Below are positions 25,854 through 32,000 of a DNA stretch of 32,000 bases, piece by piece. Positions within the stretch are counted from its first letter, which is position 1, and the number at the start of each line of letters is the position of its first letter. This DNA comes from Cylindrospermopsis raciborskii Cr2010 (GTDB lineage Bacteria > Cyanobacteriota > Cyanobacteriia > Cyanobacteriales > Nostocaceae): NCBI RefSeq assembly GCF_003367075.2, contig NZ_CP065936.1, positions 3,510,001-3,542,000 on the forward strand. The letters are read 5' to 3'. The notes beneath the pieces are model-generated. The model had not been told where the DNA came from. It searched no databases and saw nothing but the letters and a program-made list of their open reading frames with translations. Made by a program: the position numbers and the translations under genes.

Positions 25854-27497
25854 ATGCCAAATTTAGAATTAAAAACAAAAACACCAACTTGGTTAAAAAT
25901 TGCAGTAGTAGTTCTGATAGGACTAAGTATTTTCTGTCGCTGGGTAAGTTTAGACAAAAAAATTTACTGCTGCGACGAAAACTGGACATCTGTAGCAATT
26001 TCTGGACACACATTAGTTGAGTTACAAAAGGAACTTTCTGAACATGAAGGCATAATTCCTATCAATAACTTTCAAAAGTATCAACACATAAGTCCAGAAA
26101 AGCATGTAAGTGATACAGTTAATTATTTAATCACCTCAGACCCCCAACATCCCCCATTGTACTACATTATGGTCAGACTATGGGCCCAGATATTTGGTGA
26201 TTCCCCCACGGGAATAAGGAGTTTATCGGCAATTATTAGTTTGTTAATATTTCCGGGTGTATTTTGGATATGTTTAGAGTTGTTTGAGTCTGGAATTGTG
26301 GCATGGATAGCAATGGGATTAATTGCTGTTTCTCCCTTACAGCTATATTTTGCTCAAGAGGCTCGCCAATATGCTTTATGGATGGTAGAAATTCTCATAT
26401 CCAGTACTGCTTTATTGAGATCCATCAGAAAAGAAAATACACTCAGCTGGGTTTTGTATAGCCTAACCTTGATTCTGGGACTATATACCCACTTATTAAC
26501 AGGTTTCATGATTATATCTCACGGAATTTATGTGATTATTCAACAACAGTTTCGTCTCACCAAAACCTTGATTAACTATATAATTTATACAATCATAGCT
26601 TTGTTGATATTTTTACCTTGGCTAATTGTATTCATAAATCATCTCGATACAGGAGTATCATTAATTTCTGGCTACAGTGTTAGATATACGGATATTCCCT
26701 TAGAGTTAATTGCCGTTTTTCTTGTTCGAGCTACTAGGACATTTTTTGATCTTGGTTTGGCTAAACCATTAGGATCCTTTAGTTATTTTTCTGATGAAGG
26801 GGCTTTGTACTATACTCTTATTTCCCTGATCTTCGGCTTATTTTTAATAAGCTATCTCATATTTTGTTTTTGTAAGGATATTAAAAATGAAACTTATCTT
26901 TTTCTTTTTTGTCTAGGGGGATTTCCTAGTATATTATTGATCTTATATGATATAATTTTGGGTGGATCTCGTTCCATACAAGTACGATATGAATTGCCCT
27001 TGTATATCTGTTTAGAAATTGCCATAGCATATATTTTAAGTTTTGCCTTTCCAATTTTACAAGAAAAGACTTGGCGGAGAAAAATAGCCCAATTAATGAT
27101 GGTATTACTTATTTTTTCCGGACTAGTTTCTGATGTCAAATTCTTTCAGTCCCAAAATTCGTGGACGCAATCAGGTAGCACATTTATCATGGAAACAATT
27201 CAGGCTATTAACGAAGCAGACTCACCTTTATTGGTAATAAATAATGCTGCTGTACATTTGGGAGGAATATTAGCTTTGACTCATTATTCCCCAGGAATTT
27301 CTCTGCTAACGAATAAAGATGTTGAACCTTTAGTAATTCCGGAGAATTATAATCAGATTTTTTTTGTAGATAACAATAGTCATTTATTTCGTAAACTAAA
27401 GGATAATCAAAACTATTGTATGAAAACAATACAAAAAATTACCACTAATCACTCAGTAACTGTAGGAGGTTTATGGAGATTTGAGAAGAAGGTTTAG
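25854..27497 (+). CDS. Polytopic membrane GT-C glycosyltransferase, family 39 (PMT/ArnT-like), using a polyprenyl-phosphate sugar donor.
   Basis: The 547-aa ORF has many hydrophobic segments. It has a first-loop acidic DE motif (CCDENWT) and the family-typical HPPLYY and SPLQLYFAQEARQYALW segments. Confidence 0.7.
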   Translation: MPNLELKTKTPTWLKIAVVVLIGLSIFCRWVSLDKKIYCCDENWTSVAISGHTLVELQKELSEHEGIIPINNFQKYQHISPEKHVSDTVNYLITSDPQHPPLYYIMVRLWAQIFGDSPTGIRSLSAIISLLIFPGVFWICLELFESGIVAWIAMGLIAVSPLQLYFAQEARQYALWMVEILISSTALLRSIRKENTLSWVLYSLTLILGLYTHLLTGFMIISHGIYVIIQQQFRLTKTLINYIIYTIIALLIFLPWLIVFINHLDTGVSLISGYSVRYTDIPLELIAVFLVRATRTFFDLGLAKPLGSFSYFSDEGALYYTLISLIFGLFLISYLIFCFCKDIKNETYLFLFCLGGFPSILLILYDIILGGSRSIQVRYELPLYICLEIAIAYILSFAFPILQEKTWRRKIAQLMMVLLIFSGLVSDVKFFQSQNSWTQSGSTFIMETIQAINEADSPLLVINNAAVHLGGILALTHYSPGISLLTNKDVEPLVIPENYNQIFFVDNNSHLFRKLKDNQNYCMKTIQKITTNHSVTVGGLWRFEKKV

Positions 27498-27531
27498 AGC
27501 AATATTAAATAAAAGTTAGTAAATCAACAGT

Positions 27532-27987
27532 ATGATAAATAAAATTAGCTTAAGTCGGTACGGAATATTTATTAGTCGGTTAATTCGTTTTGCGTTGGTG
27601 GGTTTTAGCGGTGTAATAGTGGATCTAGGAGGTTTTTATTTTCTACATAGCCTATTAGGTTTAAACCTAACTCCTAGTTCGATGCTATCAACCGAATTAG
27701 CAATCATTAATAATTTCTTCTGGAATGATATTTGGACATTTGGTGACGTAGTTCAGAAAGAAAATTTAGTTTTAGACAACAGTCACAGATTACAAAGGTT
27801 TTTTAAGTTTAACTTAATTTGTTTGTTGGGTTTAATTCTCAATAGTTTAATTGTGAACTTTTTGGTTTATAAGTTTGCTATAAATGCTTATCTAGCCAAA
27901 TTGATAGCCATCATTTGTGTGATTTCCTGGAATTTTGGTATGAACATGAGGTTTAATTGGCAGGTGATGGAGAAAAAAGAATCATGA
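27532..27987 (+). CDS. GtrA-family small membrane protein (polyprenyl-phosphate-sugar handling/flipping).
   Basis: The 151-aa ORF has four hydrophobic segments, RFALVGFSGVIVDLGGFYFL, and the GtrA hallmark NNFFWNDIWTF. Confidence 0.8.
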   Translation: MINKISLSRYGIFISRLIRFALVGFSGVIVDLGGFYFLHSLLGLNLTPSSMLSTELAIINNFFWNDIWTFGDVVQKENLVLDNSHRLQRFFKFNLICLLGLILNSLIVNFLVYKFAINAYLAKLIAIICVISWNFGMNMRFNWQVMEKKES

Positions 27988-28781
27988 CCAATAATAGCAG
28001 TAAGGACTTAGTATTAGCCCCTTCTGGAAGCCTAGAAATTACCGCATTGTCGGAAGTTTCATCATCAGTTAAGCCAGTTTATTTGTCATTGGTTATCCCG
28101 ACCTATAACGAAAGCAAAAACATTTTGGCAGTGGTCTATCTCTTGAGTGATTTGCTCAATGAGGCCTTAGTAGATAATTACGAATTGATTGTGGTGGATG
28201 ATGATAGCTATGATCGCACCTGGGAAATTGCTCAGGAACTAACCAAAGATTACCCCCGTCTGCGGGTGATGCGTCGTCAGGGAGAACGAGGCCTATCTAC
28301 AGCAGTAATTAGAGGTTGGCAGATAGCTCAAGGGGAAATACTAGGAGTAATTGATGGTGATTTACAGCATCCACCAGAAGTATTACTCAAGTTATTGAAA
28401 GCGATGGATCAAGAAGCAGATATTGCCGTGGCCAGTCGTAATATAACTGGAGGTGGAACCAGTGATTGGCAATGGCATAGGCGGTTTTTGTCACGGGGAG
28501 CGCAATTTTTAGGACTGCTGATTTTGCCTGATATCGTCAGTCGGGTTTCCGATCCGATGAGTGGTTATTTCTTAGTGCGTCGAAAGGCGATCGCACAGAA
28601 ATTAATGAGTCCTTTGGGCTATAAGATTTTAATTGAAGTCCTGGGGCGAGGTGAGATTAACCATATTATTGAGGTTGGCTATGTGTTTCAGGAACGTCAA
28701 GAAGGAGCAAGCAAAGTGACTTGGCGACAGTATATAGAATACCTGATACATTTAGTGCGACTGAGGTTTCATGTGGTATAG
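27984..28781 (+). CDS. GT2 polyprenyl-phosphate glycosyl (mannosyl/glucosyl) synthase, Dpm1/GtrB/ArnC-like.
   Basis: The sequence contains LSLVIPTYNESKNI, VVDDDSYDRT, DGDLQHPPE and SGYFLVRR. I prefer ATG 27984, which overlaps the GtrA stop as ATGA (27984-27987), over the track's TTG start at 27957. Confidence 0.82.
   Translation: MTNNSSKDLVLAPSGSLEITALSEVSSSVKPVYLSLVIPTYNESKNILAVVYLLSDLLNEALVDNYELIVVDDDSYDRTWEIAQELTKDYPRLRVMRRQGERGLSTAVIRGWQIAQGEILGVIDGDLQHPPEVLLKLLKAMDQEADIAVASRNITGGGTSDWQWHRRFLSRGAQFLGLLILPDIVSRVSDPMSGYFLVRRKAIAQKLMSPLGYKILIEVLGRGEINHIIEVGYVFQERQEGASKVTWRQYIEYLIHLVRLRFHVV
28587..28594. repeat. HIP1 palindrome GCGATCGC.
   Basis: Exact octamer, within the GT2 gene. Confidence 0.9.
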
Positions 28782-28849
28782 TACAAATTTTCTTTATTTT
28801 TCACATCTAAAGCACTGTTAGCTTCGTGTAAAATAACATATTTAGGTTT

Positions 28850-28866
28850 GGCAACTGGGTGTTGCC
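28850..28866. terminator. Weak hairpin between the convergent GT2 and toxin genes.
   Basis: ggcaac-tgggt-gttgcc forms a 6-bp stem followed by atttatt. The stem is short, so confidence is low. Confidence 0.25.
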
Positions 28867-28868
28867 AT

Positions 28869-29369
28869 TTATTCTTCCTCCCCTGCTTGTTTGAGAGCAA
28901 AATCAATGACAACTTGACTCAATCTAATCTTGTGACTAAGCATATTCTTAATAGCTTCTTTCACGGAAAGAGATGGATTTTGTTGTTTGGCTTTCAGTAT
29001 AATTCCAATAGAACCAGTTAAGTTAAGTCCGTTTAATCGGGCAATTCTTCTGCCTACAGATTCATCAATACAGACTGTTGTTAGGTTATTATCGAGAGCG
29101 AACTGGATGACGGATGCTTCCCCTAAATCTAAAGAATTGAGGAGAAAGGGGGTGATGGTCAAAGGAATTCTCTGCTTATTTAGCCAACTAGCATGGTTAA
29201 ATTCAGAAACGGCAAAGTTTACTGACCCACCTTGAAGAATTTCCTGACAGACTTCAAAAGTGACAAATATTTCTTCATATAATGATGATAAAATAGTTAA
29301 ATCACCCCAAGCAGCAACTAGGGCAATTAAGGGAGATGTGTTGATGACGATTTTCTCGGTTTTAGGCAT
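28869..29369 (-). CDS. DUF3368 / PIN-like predicted nuclease (type II toxin candidate).
   Basis: The 166-aa ORF begins with IVINTSPLIALVAAW, as PIN-like DUF3368 proteins typically do. It overlaps the upstream UPF0175 gene by 8 bp. Confidence 0.7.
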   Translation of the reverse strand: MPKTEKIVINTSPLIALVAAWGDLTILSSLYEEIFVTFEVCQEILQGGSVNFAVSEFNHASWLNKQRIPLTITPFLLNSLDLGEASVIQFALDNNLTTVCIDESVGRRIARLNGLNLTGSIGIILKAKQQNPSLSVKEAIKNMLSHKIRLSQVVIDFALKQAGEEE

Positions 29370-29616
29370 TTGCTAAATCAGATAATAATTCTTCTTCTGT
29401 TAGGTCAATAAGCGGAATATTGTAATCAGCAAGTTTCATTATAAAGGTAGTTCTGTTTACGCCTAATAAACTAGCAGCCATACCAGATGAAATCCGCTTC
29501 ATTTCAAAAAGTTTGATTGCCATTGCCCATTTAGCCTCCTGCTCAAATTGCTCTTTGGTGCTACCTAAAGCATCAGGAAAGGTATCAGGGTAGGTAATGG
29601 TTAACTGTAAGGGCAT
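29362..29616 (-). CDS. UPF0175-family antitoxin candidate.
   Basis: The 84-aa ORF shows the UPF0175 pattern: KWAMAIKLFEMKRISSGMAASLLGVNRTTFIMKLADYNIP. It is translationally coupled to the DUF3368 gene. Confidence 0.75.
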   Translation of the reverse strand: MPLQLTITYPDTFPDALGSTKEQFEQEAKWAMAIKLFEMKRISSGMAASLLGVNRTTFIMKLADYNIPLIDLTEEELLSDLANA

Positions 29617-29698
29617 AGAGCTTCCTCATTTTTATTCTGGTTTAATTTCATGATAGTTCCTGGGAGTGAAAGAGCGGTATAATGCGATAAATTTTAAG

Positions 29699-29706
29699 GC
29701 GATCGC
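29699..29706. repeat. HIP1 palindrome GCGATCGC.
   Basis: Exact octamer, in the divergent intergenic region between the antitoxin and epimerase genes. Confidence 0.9.
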
Positions 29707-29769
29707 CGATTGGGTGGCTCGATGAAATGTAATGTAACAGTGTCTGATACATTTAGAGGGATAATAATC

Positions 29770-30834
29770 ATGACGATCGTTTTAGTAACAGGTTCAGCTG
29801 GATTAATTGGTTCTGAATCAGTTCGATTTTTCTGCAAGCGTGGATTTAGCGTGGTTGGCATTGATAACAATATGCGCTCTTTTTTCTTTGGAGAAGGTGC
29901 TTCAACCGAATGGAATCGTGATCGCCTTTTAGAGGAATATGGTGATCAATACATTCACCATAACGTTGATATTCGGGCTTCCGAAAGCATATCCAACATC
30001 TTTAAAACCTATGGTACAGATATTGGTTTGATCATTCACACTGCGGCTCAACCATCCCACGATTGGGCGGCTAAAGATCCCTATACCGACTTTTCCGTCA
30101 ATGCCAATGGCACTTTAGTTTTATTAGAAAACACGCGGCAATACTCTCCGGATGCGGTCTTTATCTTTTGCTCGACCAACAAAGTCTATGGAGATACTCC
30201 GAATCGCTTACCGTTACTAGAAGAAGAACTGCGCTGGGAAATTAACCAAACCCATCCGTACTACCAAGGAATTGATGAAAACATGAGTATAGATCATTCT
30301 ATGCACTCTTTGTTTGGAGCTTCAAAGTTAGCGGCGGACGTACTAGTGCAGGAATATGGACGCTATTTCAACATGAAGACCGTTGCATTTCGAGGAGGAT
30401 GTTTGACAGGACCAAGCCACTCTGGTACTCAACTACACGGCTTTTTATCTTACCTGATGAAATGTACAATGACCGGCGAACCTTATCAGATACTTGGCTA
30501 CAAAGGCAAGCAGGTTCGTGATAATATCCACAGCTACGATTTAGTAAATGCCTTTTACCATTTTTACCAAAACCCGCGAGTTGGTGAAGTATACAACATA
30601 GGTGGAAGTCGTTTTAGTAATTGCTCAATGTTGGAAGCGGTTCAGCACTGCCAAGCAATTACTGACAAAAAGCTGAACTGGCAATACATAGAAGTGAACC
30701 GCATAGGCGACCACATTTGGTGGATTAGTGATGTTCAAAAATTTAAAAATCATTATCCTCGTTGGGAGCTAAGTTACACAATAACTGATATTTTGAAAGA
30801 GATTTTTACCAAAAATGTTAGCCGCTGGAACTAG
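29770..30834 (+). CDS. Extended-SDR NAD-dependent sugar-nucleotide epimerase/dehydratase (CDP-paratose-2-epimerase-like).
   Basis: The sequence contains [16 protein letters not shown] (Rossmann GxxGxxG), STNKVYGD, a catalytic YxxxK-type FGASKLAAD, and [10 protein letters not shown] prefer ATG 29770 to the track's TTG start at 29710. Confidence 0.8.
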   Translation: MTIVLVTGSAGLIGSESVRFFCKRGFSVVGIDNNMRSFFFGEGASTEWNRDRLLEEYGDQYIHHNVDIRASESISNIFKTYGTDIGLIIHTAAQPSHDWAAKDPYTDFSVNANGTLVLLENTRQYSPDAVFIFCSTNKVYGDTPNRLPLLEEELRWEINQTHPYYQGIDENMSIDHSMHSLFGASKLAADVLVQEYGRYFNMKTVAFRGGCLTGPSHSGTQLHGFLSYLMKCTMTGEPYQILGYKGKQVRDNIHSYDLVNAFYHFYQNPRVGEVYNIGGSRFSNCSMLEAVQHCQAITDKKLNWQYIEVNRIGDHIWWISDVQKFKNHYPRWELSYTITDILKEIFTKNVSRWN

Positions 30835-30869
30835 AAATCAATCATGAGCAGACAATTTTTAATTGGGGG

Positions 30870-32000
30870 TTATAGCTTGCTTGTCATGTAATGCCAAATT
30901 TCATCCACTGCCCTTTTAACTCCACCAGCAGCATGACAGGCATCGCCCAATCGACGAAGATTAACTCTAAAAGAATTATTAGTTAAAAGTTGCTGTGCAG
31001 TTTGTCGTAGATTTTCTACCGTACTGTCTTTTAAAAACATCATAATTCCTGCACCCTGCTCCTCAATACGACGAGAAATAATTTCCTGCTCATAGGTTTG
31101 TGGTACTGCAATCATCGGTACTGAATAGGAAATAGCTTCTCTTGTGCCACCAGCTCCTCCGTGCATAATAAACAAACTGGCACGTTCTAAAATTTTTAAT
31201 TGAGGAACCGTGCCATTGGGTCTGATGATAAAGTTTTCGGGAATATCCCCCAAAACACTTACATCTATGGTAGGACTTAATATCATTACTACTTGAGCAT
31301 CAATATTACCAAATGCCTGAATACAGTTCTGATAGAATCTCACTCCTGGATCGTGAGCAGTGCCAAAAGAAATAAGAATTACCTTGTCCTTTTGTAGTTT
31401 TTCCAAAGGAAAATCAAATTCGATACCCCTTATAAGGTTACAAGGTCCAACGAAATGAAATTGCTGACTAAACTGATTAAACTTATAGTGATAGGGTTGC
31501 AGTTCTACTGGCAAGTAACATAAGTTTAACGGTTCAATATTGGTAAATGTATCTACAAACTTAATTGGTGGCAGTCCATAGGTTAACCGCAATTCTTTTT
31601 GGTATTTTCGATAATATTTCATACCCTCTGCAGCTTGTTTTAAAAAAAAGGGCAGTTTTTTTCTCAACCACGGACATTCATAAAATGTTTGGGGGGTAAA
31701 AGCAGCTGTAGAGATAGAATTTATGGCGGGAATATTGAGAATTTGCCCCAATAATCTCCCCCAAAGACATAGGGAATCATGAATAATATAATCTGGTTTC
31801 TCTTTACTCACAGACTCTATTAATTCTGGGAGCATCTGATGGGCACACCAGATTAACGAGGGAACTAAAGACATTTCATTTTCTGCAGGTGGCGCTGTTT
31901 CAGGATTTAGGGTTGGATAAGGGCGAAACTTGGCACCAAAGGATAATATTTCTCCTTCAAAGCTAGGTACTTCATAGTAAATTACCTCTTCGCCTCTGTC
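30870..32000 (-). CDS. GT1 glycosyltransferase of the MGT/UDP-glycosyltransferase family, 5' end cut by the window edge.
   Basis: The track ORF starts at an internal Met (31874), but the frame stays open to position 32000 (DRGEEVIYYEVPSFEGEILSFGAKFRPYPTLNPETAPPAENE-MSLV...). The C-terminal donor-binding signature is HGGAGGTREAISYSVPMIAVPQTYEQEIISRRIEEQGAG. Confidence 0.85.
   Translation of the reverse strand, partial: DRGEEVIYYEVPSFEGEILSFGAKFRPYPTLNPETAPPAENEMSLVPSLIWCAHQMLPELIESVSKEKPDYIIHDSLCLWGRLLGQILNIPAINSISTAAFTPQTFYECPWLRKKLPFFLKQAAEGMKYYRKYQKELRLTYGLPPIKFVDTFTNIEPLNLCYLPVELQPYHYKFNQFSQQFHFVGPCNLIRGIEFDFPLEKLQKDKVILISFGTAHDPGVRFYQNCIQAFGNIDAQVVMILSPTIDVSVLGDIPENFIIRPNGTVPQLKILERASLFIMHGGAGGTREAISYSVPMIAVPQTYEQEIISRRIEEQGAGIMMFLKDSTVENLRQTAQQLLTNNSFRVNLRRLGDACHAAGGVKRAVDEIWHYMTSKL

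Noticed and set aside
25769-27429. Minus-strand ORFs 25769-25957, 26894-27139 and 27208-27429.
   Set aside because: They are antisense to the GT39 gene or overlap its start region, and have AT-rich, low-complexity translations.
27957-27983. TTG 27957 as the GT2 start, and likewise TTG 29710 as the epimerase start.
   Set aside because: ATG 27984 forms an ATGA stop/start overlap with GtrA and has a GGAG upstream. ATG 29770 places the Rossmann GxxGxxG motif at the usual distance from the N-terminus.
28987-29235. An 82-aa plus-strand ORF.
   Set aside because: It is antisense to the DUF3368 toxin gene and has no motif support.
1-32000. CRISPR arrays, tRNA/rRNA genes, and retron-, DGR- or other defence-system signatures.
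   Set aside because: I saw no regularly spaced direct repeats, no cloverleaf-like or rRNA-like conserved segments, and no reverse transcriptase or Cas-like ORFs. The intergenic space is small and is accounted for by the features above.

Overview
The window is AT-rich and carries five HIP1 palindromes (GCGATCGC), so it looks like DNA from a filamentous, Nostocales-like cyanobacterium. Nearly all of it is one non-ribosomal glycolipopeptide gene cluster. Three NRPS genes dominate. (1) A 6.5-kb minus-strand NRPS runs off the left edge and is missing from the supplied ORF track: C-A(Thr)-T-E-C-A... (2) A 2153-aa minus-strand NRPS has a starter-type C domain: Cs-A(Thr-like)-T-C-A(Thr)-T. (3) A 2885-aa plus-strand terminal NRPS reads C-A(Thr)-NMT-T-C-A(Gln)-T-TE. 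Three hand-read Stachelhaus codes are exactly DFWNIGMVHK (Thr), one is a near-Thr variant (DFWNMGMVHK), and one is DAWQFGLIDK (Gln). The lipo-initiation domain, the N-Me-Thr-Gln-TE terminus and the many glycosyltransferases fit what I recall of hassallidin-type antifungal glycolipopeptides; this is from memory and no database search was possible. A small tailoring island lies between the two minus-strand NRPS genes: an LpxO/aspartyl beta-hydroxylase-family dioxygenase, an SDR reductase and an MbtH-like protein. A ~1-kb IS with imperfect terminal inverted repeats and a frameshifted DDE transposase sits in the divergent NRPS promoter region, 18 bp (or less) from the start codon of the lipo-initiation NRPS. 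Downstream of the TE-containing NRPS and co-directional with it are a DXD-motif glycosyltransferase and a polyprenyl-phosphate-sugar trio: a GT39/PMT-like GT-C, GtrA, and a Dpm1-like GT2. These are followed by a UPF0175/DUF3368 (PIN-like) toxin-antitoxin pair, an extended-SDR sugar epimerase, and an MGT-type GT1 that runs off the right edge. I saw no rRNA, tRNA or CRISPR array. All calls come from reading the sequence and its translations by eye.
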